Source: Leidyana gryllorum EB-2025a (taxonomy: Eukaryota; Protista; Apicomplexa). From it: DNA of 64,000 nt. Location: assembly GCA_048772705.1 (NCBI GenBank), contig JBLWGC010000174.1, positions 1 through 64,000 of the forward strand, given 5' to 3'. The notes under the pieces are model-generated. The model was not told the DNA's origin and searched no databases. It was given only the letters and a program-made list of their open reading frames with translations. Made by a program: the position numbers and the translations under genes. How positions within the stretch are numbered: position 1 is the stretch's first letter; each line of letters starts with the position of its first letter. Positions 41,696 through 53,224 of this stretch are shown in pieces.

Positions 41696-42443
41696 AATCA
41701 ACCCAATGACAGCCGAACGCGACCGCCGAGTACTCCAGCATTTGACACCTGTGAGTGCCCTAGGCAGGCAGGCCGACCAGGAGGCTGTTTGGTCTGAAGG
41801 TATGATTTTTCCTCGCTTAAAAGGACATTGCAACTGGGTCTTGTAGCTCAGTCGGCAGAGTCTACCCCCTAACCACTCGGGCAAGTTGCCACCTGTCCAA
41901 CTGGGCATCTTGCGCCCAGTGCCGTCACATACGGTTCAGCAAGCTCGACTCGGACTTCTCGCGCTGCCCGAACCTGCGGTCTCCCATCAAAAGTCTTGCG
42001 CTCTATCGACGGACTTGGGGCGGCGACGAAGCTCGGACTTAGTAACAAATTCCATTCGTATTGATCGTTGGATCTTGGGCCTTCCTCGGGTACAGGGCGA
42101 AGCTGTATCAGAGATGCACTCACTTGGTCACGCACGGGCTCCAACCGCGGGCTCAGAACTCATTAGGCTCACGCTCTGGCCGCCTGAAATACGCGACCGC
42201 TTCAGAGTTGAGGTGAACAGTCACTAGCCAAAGGAGCTGACTGATGTGTTCAGCAAAACCCCATGACTGGGATTGAAGCGACCGCTCAGACCTTCGTCCA
42301 CCCCACCAAACAGTCATTCCAGAGCCAAATACTGACATCGAGAAGGGGGTGTACCTACACCACTAACAGTCCCGCACGGGAATCCCGACCGAAGGTGCGC
42401 TGGTCCGGATGGCTGTACCGACTGTTTTAGGATGGGCTGAATC

Positions 42444-42515
42444 GGTTGCGTGGTGTAGTGGTTAGCACTGGAGACTTTGAATCTCCCGACCTGGGTTCGA
42501 TTCCCGGCGCGACCT
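42444..42515 (+). tRNA. trnQ-TTG: tRNA-Gln(TTG)
   Basis: intact Gln(TTG). Confidence 0.92.
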
Positions 42516-42577
42516 TGGAACTGGTCCTCACTACTTCGTGAAACTTCGCCATCCCTTGGGCTGCGGGGACCATCCGT

Positions 42578-42650
42578 GCAGCCATGGTCTAGCGGTTACG
42601 ACGTCTGCTTCACACGCAGAAGGTCCCGAGTTCGATCCTCGGTGGCTGTA
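42578..42650 (+). tRNA. trnV-CAC: tRNA-Val(CAC)
   Basis: intact Val(CAC). Confidence 0.92.
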
Positions 42651-43000
42651 GCTTGCAACTTTCAGCGGCAACCAAAGGAGACAATCTCCGAAACCGGGCA
42701 TCGAACCCGGATCTGCCGCGTGACAGGCAGAAGTGCTGACCACTACTTTATCTCGGACGCTCGTCAACGCGCCGGACTTCAACCGCGAAAGTCTTCCTTC
42801 TCGAAACTTCACGGACAGAAAACGTGTAAAGTGGCGAGCCAAGAACACTGCGGCAAGATGGCCGAGTGGTCTAGGGCGCTGTGTTAAAGCCGCAGTCCGA
42901 AAGGCCGTTGGTTCGAATCCCCCGCTTGTCAACCGTTGTATTGTATTGGCACTCGGTCCCCTCACTTCACTGATAGACAGTCGTTCGAGCAACATACGGC

Positions 43001-43071
43001 TGGACCTGCCGGGACTCGAACCCGGGTTACGACCTTGGAAGGGTCGCATCCTACCCTTGGACCACAAGTGC
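43001..43071 (-). tRNA. trnG-TCC: tRNA-Gly(TCC)
   Basis: CGACC CT TCC AA GGTCG; one acceptor mismatch. Confidence 0.82.
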
Positions 43072-43194
43072 AATTCCGAAAGATCTGCAGCACCCCGAGA
43101 GACTCGGGCAATTTCTGCCTCCAGCTGTCTGCAACTCACTCAAAAACGGCCAAAAATGTGAATGTTGTTATTTCAATTTAGTCGAAAAGCCGCG

Positions 43195-43267
43195 GCCCAC
43201 GTGGCGCAATGGATAGCGCGTTGGACTTCTAATCCAAAGGTTGCGAGTTCGAGTCTCGCCGTAGGTA
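43195..43267 (+). tRNA. trnR-TCT: tRNA-Arg(TCT)
   Basis: Arg(TCT) body. Confidence 0.85.
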
Positions 43268-43757
43268 GCCAAATGCTCAGCACTTTCCTTCGATGATTTG
43301 CCTAACTAGCTGCCTTCGCTGTGGAATGTTGTCCACTGTAGTCTGAGTGGCTAGGATATGCGGCCTCACCCGCAAGCTCCGGGCTCAAGTCCGGTGGAAG
43401 TCAGTGGTTGAAGTCAGTGGAATACTTGAGCAAAGTGCCCAGCAATCTCCGTCAATAGTGTCAGATTCGTGATCTTCAGCTTGCATTGCCTTCTTAGCCT
43501 GTGGCAGAGCATCCGCTTAGTGAGCGAAAGGTCGCCGGTTCGTTTCCAGCAGAAGACTTGACTGCATCGACTGGGCACCTGCAAAGCTTAAAGTCTCTCA
43601 AGCTCCAATCATCGTAGCTGAGCCTCGTAGCTCAGCCAGCAGAGGGTAAGTCTCGTAGCCACAAAGTCGCAGACTGGAACCTGCCAGTACCTGAGGCACC
43701 CACTAGCTCAACGCAAACTGCGGCCGGGTCTCAGGGTGCTGAAGCTCTTTCTCAAGT

Positions 43758-43828
43758 GCACTTGTGGTCCAAGGGTAGGATGCGAGCTTCCCATGCTCGC
43801 AGCCCGGGTTCGAGTCCCGGCAGGTGCA
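43758..43828 (+). tRNA. trnG-CCC: tRNA-Gly(CCC)
   Basis: intact Gly(CCC). Confidence 0.92.
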
Positions 43829-43911
43829 GCCGATCGTACAGACTTGACCGACCATGGCTGCAACGATATTTTCAACATTCCGGGGCGAAGAGCAATGCAC
43901 TTTAGACTGCT

Positions 43912-43983
43912 TGTCCGAGCCAGGAATCGAGCCTGGGTTTGCACGGCCACAACGTGCTGTCCTAACCACTAGACGACTCGGAC
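43912..43983 (-). tRNA. trnH-GTG: tRNA-His(GTG)
   Basis: intact His. Confidence 0.9.
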
Positions 43984-44281
43984 AACCTTTGAGCGAGGCT
44001 GTAGATGTAGCGAAGCATCGATCAGGGTGGAAAGGAACAGGAGTGTCAGACGAACTACGTTGTAAGAAGTCCACTCCTCAACTCCCGGCGGGACGGAATT
44101 TGCTCGTCGAATATTTGACGCCACCACTACAATCAGATGGGTTGTAATGTAAGCACCCCGGGCCGTGAGAGTACTTCGGGGCGGTACACCGCACCCAGAA
44201 CGACATCTTCAACCCCAAAAGCCTCCCTTCTCGAGACTTCAGGAACAGCAAACGTGTAAAGTGGCGAGCCAAGAACACTTC

Positions 44282-44361
44282 GGCAAGATGGCCGAGTGGT
44301 CCAAGGCGCTGTGTTAAGGCCGCAGTCCGAAAGGGCGTGGGTTCGAATCCCACTCTTGTCA
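44282..44361 (+). tRNA. trnL-AAG: tRNA-Leu(AAG)
   Basis: intact Leu(AAG). Confidence 0.92.
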
Positions 44362-44451
44362 GCCGTTGTATTGTATTGGCACTCAGTCCCCTCACTTCAC
44401 TGATATACAGGTCGTTCCACCTGCATACAGCTCGTTCGACCTGCATACAGC

Positions 44452-44522
44452 TGCACCTGCCGGGACTCGAACTCGGGTTACAACCTTGGAAGGGTCGCAT
44501 CTTACCGTTAGACCACAAGTGC
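44452..44522 (-). tRNA. trnG-TCC: tRNA-Gly(TCC), variant
   Basis: Gly(TCC) body. Confidence 0.68.
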
Positions 44523-44728
44523 AATTGCGAAAGATCTGCAGCACCCCGAGAGACTCGGGCAATTTCTACTTCCAGCTGTCTGCAACCTACGGGGATCGAA
44601 TCGAGCACTTTCAGAGACGAAGGAAACTGATACCACTAGCACTTCAACTCGACATGCGGGGCAGCGGCTCCCATACAGCTAGCAAGCTTGCCTCGGTCGA
44701 AACGGAACGTCTTCCGAGTGAGAGGCTA

Positions 44729-44801
44729 TGATGCGGATGGGACTCGAACCCACAACTCCCGGTTCCGAAGACTGATGCCCTATCCATTAGGCCACCGCAC
44801 C
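44729..44801 (-). tRNA. trnR-TCG: tRNA-Arg(TCG)
   Basis: GGTGCGG..CT TCG GA..CCGCATCA. Confidence 0.8.
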
Positions 44802-44899
44802 ATGGATAGGCTTCGGTCATCTCGATACTGGTTGGGTGAAAGAGGAGACACCTTGGGCAGCCGGTTCTGTCCCAGTCAAAAGTCGGGTGCGTCTCGGAC

Positions 44900-44972
44900 G
44901 CGGTAGTGGCGCAATGGATAGCGCGTTGCCCTCCTAAGGCAAAGGTTGAAGGTTCGAGTCCCTCTAGCCGTT
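44900..44972 (+). tRNA. trnR-CCT: tRNA-Arg(CCT), single copy in window
   Basis: TTGCC CT CCT AA GGCAA; GCAATGGATAGC D-loop; imperfect acceptor. Confidence 0.75.
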
Positions 44973-45409
44973 TCCTGCGTGCCTTCGTTTGTGCAAAGTG
45001 GAGTTGGGAGATTGGTCATACCATGTAAAAAAGAAATGGATGTACTGGGGTTTGCTAAATGGGCGACTAGCTCAAATGGTAGCTCGCTTCGCTTAGCGTG
45101 CGGGAGATACTGGGATCGATGCCCAGGTCGTCCAAAGTACGTACGGCTGCACGTGCCGGGATCTCACCATCTTTGAAGGGTCGCAGACCACAATTGCCAT
45201 TGCGAGAGCAGCGCAGTCAGTGTCTAGCGTGCCTCTGAAAGCGCTCCTGGCAGGTTCCGAGCCTGCGACTTTGCGGTTAACAGCCACACCCTCTGCCGCC
45301 TGAGCTACAAGACCCCTTACAATGTTTCAGAGGTTAGTAGAGAGACCCTCCTCCTCCTACAACAGTTCGCACGGGGTGCTCGAGGGAAGGTGTAATCAGT
45401 TACACTCTC

Positions 45410-45491
45410 GGCAAGGTGGCCGAGCGGTTAAGGCGGCGGCCTGCTAAGCCGTTGGGTTTTACCCGCGTGAATTCGAATCTCACCCTTGTCG
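45410..45491 (+). tRNA. trnS-GCT: tRNA-Ser(GCT)
   Basis: Ser(GCT) body. Confidence 0.75.
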
Positions 45492-45843
45492 GTAGCATTC
45501 GCGGAGAGCGCAATTGCTTCAATGATTGAAGTGAGCTTTCTGTCCGACTCAAATCCAACGCTCTACGCTGGGCGCTATATACAGGAGCCAATTAAATTTT
45601 CCAGACGTCAGTAGAGAGACCCGTGTTGCGTGTGTCCAGTTGAGGAAGCGCTAGTCCGATAATTCTACCGACTCAATCCTACCGACTCTTCTGGGATGGG
45701 CTCAATCGGTTGCGTGGTGTAGTGGTTAGCACTGGAGACTCTGAATCTCCCGACATGGGTTAGATTCCCGACGCGACCTTGGAACTGGTCCTCACTGCTC
45801 CGTGAAACTTCGCCACTCCTCTTGGGCTGCGGGGACCATTCAT

Positions 45844-45990
45844 GCAGCCACGGTCTAGTGGTTACGACGTCTGCTTAACACGCAGAAAGTCCGAGGTGAA
45901 TCCTCGGTGGCTGTAGCTCCCACGGTCTAGTGGTTACGACGTGTGCTTAACACGCAGAAAGTCCGAGGTGAATCCTCGGTGGTGTAACTC
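45844..45990 (+). pseudogene. tandemly duplicated tRNA-Val(AAC) pseudogene
   Basis: CACGGTCTAGTGGTTACGACG..GGTGAATCCTCGGTGG x2. Confidence 0.75.
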
Positions 45991-46041
45991 CCAACCTTCA
46001 GCGAGAACCAAAGGAGAGAATCTTAAGCGAAACCACCTGTG

Positions 46042-46113
46042 CTCCGAGACCGGGAATCGAACCCGGGTCTTCCGCGTGACAGGCGGAAATACTAACCACT
46101 ATACTATCTCGGA
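46042..46113 (-). tRNA. trnD-GTC: tRNA-Asp(GTC)
   Basis: intact Asp. Confidence 0.92.
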
Positions 46114-46204
46114 CGCTCTGAACACGCCGGCCTCCAATCCCAGAAGTCTTTCTATTTTGGCTCACCGACAAAAAACGCGTGGAGCGATGAACCAACAACA
46201 CTGT

Positions 46205-46284
46205 GGCAAGATGGCCGAGTTGTCTAAGGCGCTGTGCTCAGACCGCAGTCCGAAAGGGCGTGGGTTCGAATCCCACTCTTGTCA
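46205..46284 (+). tRNA. trnL-CAG: tRNA-Leu(CAG), variant
   Basis: Leu body. Confidence 0.7.
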
Positions 46285-46414
46285 GCCGTTGTAGTCAGAA
46301 TAACGTGCGACTTCTTCCCAGCATGCCCGCACGATGGGCGGGACTGCCCGCCGTGCACGTAGCACCCGGCTAACTTTTGTCGATACAACTGACACATGAT
46401 TCTCCAGATAAGTT

Positions 46415-46486
46415 GCCTTCTTAGCTTAGGGGCAGAGCGTTCGCTTCGTAAGCGAGAAGTCGCCGGTTCGATTCCGGCAGAAGGCT
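46415..46486 (+). tRNA. trnT-CGT: tRNA-Thr(CGT)
   Basis: intact Thr(CGT). Confidence 0.92.
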
Positions 46487-46579
46487 TTCCTCACGCATTT
46501 AAGCTATTCTGACTGGTCTCTCAGTCTCGATAAGGATCTGAGAGGTTTGGAGGGGATTTGCAATGCACTTTAGATTGGT

Positions 46580-46651
46580 TGTCCGAGCCAGGAATCGAGC
46601 CTGGGTTTGCACGGCCACAACGTGCTGTCCTAACCACTAGACGACTCGGAC
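46580..46651 (-). tRNA. trnH-GTG: tRNA-His(GTG)
   Basis: intact His. Confidence 0.9.
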
Positions 46652-46897
46652 AAATCTTTGAGCGAGGCTGTAGAGGTAGCGAAGCATCGACCAGGATGGG
46701 ATGGAACAGCCACTCCTCAACTTCGGGTGGGACGGAATTTACTCGTGGAATATCTGATACCACCACTACAGTCAGATACGTTACCATCTAAGCACCCTGG
46801 GCCATAAGAGTACTTTGGGGTGGCACACCGCAGCCAGAACGACATCGGCGGTCGCAACGGGAGCCATTAACACTCTGGAACTCAGAAGGAAAGTAAT

Positions 46898-46981
46898 GCA
46901 CAGATGCCCGAGTGGTCTAAGGGGCCAGACTCAAGTTCTGGTAGGCGCAGGTCTGCATGGGTTCGAATCCCATTCTGTGCA
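46898..46981 (+). tRNA. trnL-CAA: tRNA-Leu(CAA)
   Basis: intact Leu(CAA). Confidence 0.9.
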
Positions 46982-47578
46982 ACGGCGATCATCCCCAAAA
47001 AAAAGCTGGAAAAGGCCACAGTCGGTTGCATGCACCCGAGTATTCGGCTGTTGCTCTGCTGGTATGATCCTTCCTCAGAGTGGAAGGAGCCCTGGGTTCG
47101 ATTCCAGAACAGCCCTATTGGTCGTCGTTTGACTTGACCGGACATGTTGCCCTCAGAACCAACACAGCCACCTCGTTAGCCCGCTTCGGTGGGGCAGTCA
47201 GGGCAACTAACATCTCGAAAATCACATTTCGGCTACCTCTTCCATGTTGCAGACTGAGCAGTGTAGCTCAGCGGAAGAGTGTTAGGCTCATAACGCAAAG
47301 ATCCGTCGATCGAAACGACGCACTGCTAAGTGTGCGCAGAAGGGAACAGTTGCAGGATAGATTGGCTCGTGAGCCAAGCCTGCTGCCCGAATCGAACCGG
47401 CGACCTTTCACTTACTAAGCGAATGCTCTGCCCCAAGCTAAAAAGGCAATGTTAACTGGACATCACGCGTGAGGAGTCCCTATTGACGGAAGTTACTGAA
47501 GCACATTGTTCCACCACTCAACACTCCCACTGCTCCACCCACCGGCAAATAGGGTGTAACTAAGTTGAGAGCTTCCTT

Positions 47579-47651
47579 GCCGCCCTAGCTCAGTCGGTAG
47601 AGCTCAAGACTTTTAATCTTGCAGTCGCGGGTTCGAGCCCCGCGGGCGGTG
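47579..47651 (+). tRNA. trnK-TTT: tRNA-Lys(TTT)
   Basis: Lys body. Confidence 0.88.
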
Positions 47652-47859
47652 CAAATCAATGTCTCTGGGAGTGGGAATGGAACCGTTGCCTACAAGCACA
47701 CTCTGCTGGATTCCCACTGCCGGAACTTGAACCCGGAGCGTGCGGGTGAGAGCCGCATATCCTAGCCACTTAGACTACAGTGGACGACTTCCTCAGCTGC
47801 AGCTTTGGACGGAAGCCGTACCATCTTCAGATGAGCGTCGGGTCAACCGACAAGCAACG

Positions 47860-47931
47860 GGGCTGTTCTGGGAATCGAACCCAGGACTTCTTCCACCCGA
47901 AGGAAGCATCATACCACTAGACCAAACAGCC
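47860..47931 (-). tRNA. trnP-CGG: tRNA-Pro(CGG)
   Basis: intact Pro(CGG). Confidence 0.9.
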
Positions 47932-48435
47932 GCCTAGCCGGTGGTTCAACCCGCTGGGTACAGTCGAGAGACTCGTCTCACTATGTGAAGTATCACTCAA
48001 TGCCATGAGGTAAGCACAGTGGGAGGCTAGCCCAGATGATGAAACGGTGGCTTAGTATACGAAAGGTTCTGGGATCGATTCCCAACCTTTCCGAACTACA
48101 ATAGATGGAAGCCTCGCCGGAGTTGTCTAGTTGGCCTATCAACGCTGTGTGCCAAAACCATCCGGTGGGACGGAACCGAACCGCCGACTATCTGATGCCA
48201 GCACTACAGTCAGATGCTCTACCAACTGAGCTTTCCCCCGCTGTCCAACTGCTCCGGGGTTCGAAAGGCTTAACCCCAGATCCTCGAGCTTTCGGACTGC
48301 AGTCTGAGCACAGCGTCTTGGGCAACTCGGCCATCTTTGCCGGCATGTTGTTGGCTCGCCGCTCCACGCGTTTTCTGTGCTTGACATCTCAAAATGGAAG
48401 GACTTTTGGGGTTGGCGGGCGGCGTGTTCAGAGCG

Positions 48436-48507
48436 TCCGAGATAGTATAGTGGTTAGTATTTCCGCCTGTCACGCGGAAGACCCGGGTTCGATTCCCGGT
48501 CTCGGAG
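48436..48507 (+). tRNA. trnD-GTC: tRNA-Asp(GTC)
   Basis: intact Asp. Confidence 0.92.
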
Positions 48508-48781
48508 CAGTTCCAGCCCCTCACAACTGCTGCAACTCAGATTTTGTCTCAGCTGGTCTGGACTTCATCCGGGATTATACGAGTGGGAGCCGCGTATGGT
48601 AGCCGACCTTGGAGAGACGTGGCATTCAGTCAACAACTATCAGACGGGCTCTTCTGGGAGTCGAACACAGGCCTTCTTCCACACGAAAGAAGAATCATAC
48701 CACTAGACCAAACAGCCGCCTGTCGGTCGTGCAAACCGCTGAGGACACTTGAGATAGTGACACCAAATGTCACAACGTCTC

Positions 48782-48854
48782 TGCCTCGGCCGTGGATCGA
48801 ACACGGGACTTCCAGATCTTCAGTCTGGCGCTCTCCCAACTGAGCTACCGAGGC
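48782..48854 (-). tRNA. trnF-GAA: tRNA-Phe(GAA)
   Basis: intact Phe. Confidence 0.93.
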
Positions 48855-49270
48855 GGTAGGTAGTCATGGAAGGCGGTGAAAATAAGCACTTATCGCGGCC
48901 GTATGTGAGCCCACTCCTCGCAGCATGACGGAATCGACAGTTGCCAACTTGCCCGAGTGAGGAACTAGTGTAGATCCAGCACATCTTGCGCCCTGTGGCT
49001 TCACATACGGTTCAGCAAGCTTGACTAGGAGTGCTCGCGCGGCGCGAAGCCGCGGTTTTCCCTTAAAAAGTCTGGCGCTTTACCGACGGAGTTGGGGCGG
49101 CAAAAAAGCTCGCCCTGTACCCAGGAAGGCCCAAGATTCCACGATCAATACAAATGCAATTTGTTACGAAGTCCGAATCTGTGTCAGAGATTTATTCACT
49201 TGGTCACGCCGACATACCATTCTTTCCAATACGATACGGCTCTCGGCCGAAGCCTCAACTCGAGCACGTG

Positions 49271-49343
49271 TCCACTGTAGTCTAAGTGGCTAGGATATGC
49301 GGCTTTCACCCGCACGATCCGGGTTCAAGTCCCGGCAGTGGAA
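49271..49343 (+). tRNA. trnE-TTC: tRNA-Glu(TTC)
   Basis: intact Glu(TTC). Confidence 0.92.
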
Positions 49344-49540
49344 GTCATTGAACTAGTCGACCAAAGTGCCACACTAATCTCCGTGAATAGCCATTCTTTC
49401 GTTATCTCCGGCTTACATTGCCTTCTGAGCTTAGGGGCAGAGCGTTCGCCTCGTAAGCGAGAAGTCGCCGGTTCGATTACGGCAGAAGGCCTTGCTCACG
49501 ACCCAATCAATTCTATACCTGTTTCCCTCCTGCGCACACT

Positions 49541-49612
49541 TAGCAGTGCGTCGTTTCGATCGACGAACCTTTGGGTTATGAGCCCAACACTCTTCCACTG
49601 AGCTACACTGCT
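49541..49612 (-). tRNA. trnM-CAT: initiator tRNA-Met(CAT)
   Basis: iMet body. Confidence 0.88.
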
Positions 49613-49857
49613 CAGTCTGCAACATGGAAGAGGGAGCCGAAATGCGATTCTTGAGATGTTAATGGCCTTGAGTGCCGAAGACGCGGAAGACGCGGGTTCG
49701 ATGCCCTGTTTTGGAGGGTACAGGGCGAGCTTCCTTGCCGCCCCAACTCCGTCGGTGGCGCGCAAGACGTTTAATGGGAGAACGCGGGTTCGTGCCGGCG
49801 CGAGCAGTGCTGAACCGTATGTGAAGCCACTGGCTGCAAAATGCCAAGCTCGACAGC

Positions 49858-49939
49858 GGCAACTTGCCCGAGTGGTTGAGGGGGTAGACTAGAAATCTAC
49901 TGGGCCTGGCCCGCTTTGGTTCAAATCCAGCAGTTGTCG
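49858..49939 (+). tRNA. trnS-AGA: tRNA-Ser(AGA), variant
   Basis: Ser body. Confidence 0.72.
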
Positions 49940-50037
49940 TGCGATGTGGTTGGAGGGTTAAACATCAACTCACGCATGAATTTCTGCATTCCATCCTGAT
50001 CGATGCTTCGCTACCTCTACAGCCTCGCTCAAAGATT

Positions 50038-50109
50038 GTCCGAGTCGTCTAGTGGTTAGGACAGCACGTTGTGGCCGTGCAAACCCAGGCTCGATTCCTG
50101 GCTCGGACA
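50038..50109 (+). tRNA. trnH-GTG: tRNA-His(GTG)
   Basis: copy of 24804. Confidence 0.9.
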
Positions 50110-50184
50110 AGCAGTCTAAAGTGCATTGCTCTTCGCCCCGGTTGAAAATATTGTTGCAGCCATGGTCAAGCCTGTACGATCGGC

Positions 50185-50255
50185 TGCACCTGCCGGGACT
50201 CGAACCCGGGCTGCGAGCATGGGAAGCTCGCATCCTACCCTTGGACCACAAGTGC
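50185..50255 (-). tRNA. trnG-CCC: tRNA-Gly(CCC)
   Basis: copy of 24951. Confidence 0.92.
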
Positions 50256-50748
50256 ACTCGAGAAAGAGCTCCAGCACCCCGAGACTCGGCCGCAGTCTGC
50301 GTTGAGCTAGTGGGTGCCTCAAGTACGGGCAGGTTCCAGTCTGCGACTTTGTGGCTAAGAGACTTACCCTCTGGTGGCTGAACTACGAGGCTCGGCTAAG
50401 ATGATTGGAGCTTGAGAGACTTGAGCTTTGCAGGTGCCCAGTCGATGCAGTCAAGCCTCCTGCCGGAATCAAACCGGCGACCTTTCGCTTACTAAGCGAA
50501 TGCTCTGCCTCTAAGCTAAGAAGGCAATGCAGGCCGAAGATCACGAATCAGACACTATTGACGGAGATTGCTGGGCACTTTGCTCGAGTATTCCACTGAC
50601 CTCAACCACTGACGTCCACTGCCGGACTTGAGCCCGGAGCTTGCGGGTGAGGCCGCATATCCTAGCCACTCAGACTACAGTGGGCAACATTCCACAGCGA
50701 AGGCAGCTAGTCAGCCAAATCATCGAAGTAAAGTGCTGAGCATTTGGC

Positions 50749-50821
50749 TACCTACGGCGAGACTCGAACTCGCAACCTTTGGATTAGAAGTCCAACGCGC
50801 TATCCATTGCGCCACGTAGGC
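50749..50821 (-). tRNA. trnR-TCT: tRNA-Arg(TCT)
   Basis: copy of 25515. Confidence 0.92.
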
Positions 50822-51043
50822 GGCAGCTTTTCGACTAGATTGAAATAACAACATTCAAGTTTTTGGACCACGCGCCAGCCGTTTCTCTGCAGCCAAAGTT
50901 GCATGGCGTTTGGATGGCCTGGGTATCGATCCCAGTACCTCTCGCATGCAAAGCGAGCGCTGCACCATCTGAGCTAGCCGCCCATCCGTACAACATGGAA
51001 GACCTATCGCATCAAGTGGCTGACCGAGTGCCGATACCATGGC

Positions 51044-51123
51044 TGACAAGAGTTGGATTCGAACCCACGCCCTTTCGGACTGCGGCCTGAACACAGCGCC
51101 TTAGACCACTCGGCCATCTTGCC
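51044..51123 (-). tRNA. trnL-CAG: tRNA-Leu(CAG)
   Basis: copy of 25810. Confidence 0.8.
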
Positions 51124-51215
51124 GCAGTCTTGTTGGTTCGTCGCTCCACGCGTTTTTTTGTCCGTGAGCCGAAATAGAAAGACTTCTGGGATTGGAGGCC
51201 GGCGTGTTCGGAGCG

Positions 51216-51287
51216 TCCGAGTCAGTATAGTGGTTAGTGTCTCCGCCTGTCACGCGGAAGACCCGGGTTCGATTCCCGGCAGATGCA
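51216..51287 (+). pseudogene. chimeric Asp/Gly tRNA
   Basis: copy of 25982. Confidence 0.85.
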
Positions 51288-51351
51288 GAGGAGATAGCAC
51301 AAGGTTGAGTTTTGCGCGTGAGTTGGTGTTCGACCCTCCGATCACATCGCA

Positions 51352-51433
51352 CGACAACTGCTGGATTTGAACCAGCGCGGGCCAGGCCCAGTAGATTTCT
51401 AGTCTACCCCCTTAACCACTCGGGCAAGTTGCC
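51352..51433 (-). tRNA. trnS-AGA: tRNA-Ser(AGA)
   Basis: intact Ser(AGA). Confidence 0.92.
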
Positions 51434-51877
51434 GCTGTTGAACTTGGCATTTTGCGGCCAGTGGCTTCACATACGGTTCAGCGAGCTTTACTAGGACTCC
51501 TCGCGCCGCCCGAACCCGCGGATCTCCCTTCAAAAGTCTTGCGCTCTACTGACGGAGTTGGGGCGGCAAGGAAGCTCGCCCCGTACCCGAGGAAGGCCCA
51601 AGATTCCACGATCAATACAAATGGAATTGGTTACTACGTCCGAATCTGTATCAGAGATCCACTCACTTGATCACGCCGACATACCATGTTTTCCAAGACG
51701 GTACGGCTCTCGGCCGAAGCCCAACTCAACCACTCAACCACTCGTCCACTGGAGTCTAAGTGGCTAGGATACGGGGCTTTCACCAGGACGATTCGGGTTC
51801 AAGTCCCGGCAGTGGAAATCCACCAGAGTTTGGTTGTAGGCACCGGTTCCATTCTTACTCCCAGAGACATTGATTTG

Positions 51878-51950
51878 CACCGCCCGCGGGGCTCGAACCC
51901 GCGACTGCAAGATTAACAGTCTTGCGCTCTACGGACTGAGCTAGGGCGGC
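51878..51950 (-). tRNA. tRNA-Lys body with GTT anticodon
   Basis: copy of 27122. Confidence 0.7.
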
Positions 51951-52248
51951 TAACGAAGCTCTAGACTTAGTTACACCCTATTTGCCGTTGGGCGGAGCAG
52001 TGGAAGTCATTGGACCGGTGGAACACGCTTAGTAAGCGAAAGGTCGCCGGTTCGATTCGGGCAGAAGGCTTTGTTGCATCGATAGGCTTAAGAGGAATGG
52101 CTGTCGCCACGTACAAGATTCACAAGATCGTGTTCTGCATCTGTGGTCTAGTGGAAGAGTCGCTCGCTGCCATCGAGATAACCTGTGTGCGATTCCCGAC
52201 TGCAAAATGGTAGCATGATGAGTTTGTCGGCGGTTTCGATTCTGACCG

Positions 52249-52321
52249 TGGGAGTGGAGAGGATCGAACTCTCGACTTCAGGATTATGAGACCTACGAGC
52301 TACCGACTGCGCTACACTCCC
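52249..52321 (-). tRNA. trnM-CAT: elongator tRNA-Met(CAT)
   Basis: copy of 28579. Confidence 0.82.
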
Positions 52322-52557
52322 CCTCCGACTTTCTCCGAGGAATCACCTGAACCCAGAACCATGCTGCCAGGCAGGTTGGGTCAAGATACAGCAAAGCGGG
52401 CTGTTCTGGGAATGGAACCTAGGACTTCTTCCACCCGACGGAGGTATCATACCACTACACCAAACAGCCGCCTGTCGTTCGTGCAACCCGCTGAAGACAG
52501 TTTAAAAAGTGGTCATCCTATGTTGAGAACCAACAAATGCGATGGGGTCTGCACCAC

Positions 52558-52630
52558 GGGCGACTAGCTCAAATGGTAGAGCGCTCGCTTCGCATGCGAG
52601 AGGTACTGGGATCGATACCCAGGTCGTCCA
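52558..52630 (+). tRNA. trnA-CGC: tRNA-Ala(CGC)
   Basis: intact Ala(CGC). Confidence 0.92.
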
Positions 52631-53142
52631 AAGTACGTACGGCTGCACGTGGCGGGATGCAAACAAACTTCCATCTTTGAAGGGTCGCAGACCACAAGTG
52701 CCATTGGCACACCAGCGCACTCAGTGTTTAGTGTGCCTCTGAAACCGGTCCTGGCAGGTTTCGAAACTGCGACTTTGTGGTGAACAGCTACACGCTTTGC
52801 CGACTGAGCTACAAGACCCAGTTGCAATGTTCTTTTGAGCGAGGAGAAATCATACCTTCAGACCAAACAGCCCCCTGGTCGGCCTGCCCAGCTACGGCAC
52901 TCATAAGTGTCAAATCGATCCGCATCTCAAGAACCACATTTCCGCTTCCTGCATGATATCCGACGCTGGAGTAGTGGAACTCAGTGCGAGAGTGTTGGGC
53001 TTATGACTGCAGTGTCCGAGGTCTCCCGCAACACGGGTCTCTACTGATCTCTGAAATATTAAGTGGCTCCTGTATATAGCGCGCAGCGTAGAGCCTTGGA
53101 TTTGGGTCGGACAAAGCAGTTGCGCTTTTTCCCGAATGCTAC

Positions 53143-53224
53143 CGACAGGGGTGAGATTCGAACTCACGCGGGTGAAACCCAACGGCTTAGCAGGCCGCCG
53201 CCTCAACCACTCGGCCACCTTGCC
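53143..53224 (-). tRNA. trnS-GCT: tRNA-Ser(GCT)
   Basis: copy of 29473. Confidence 0.85.
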
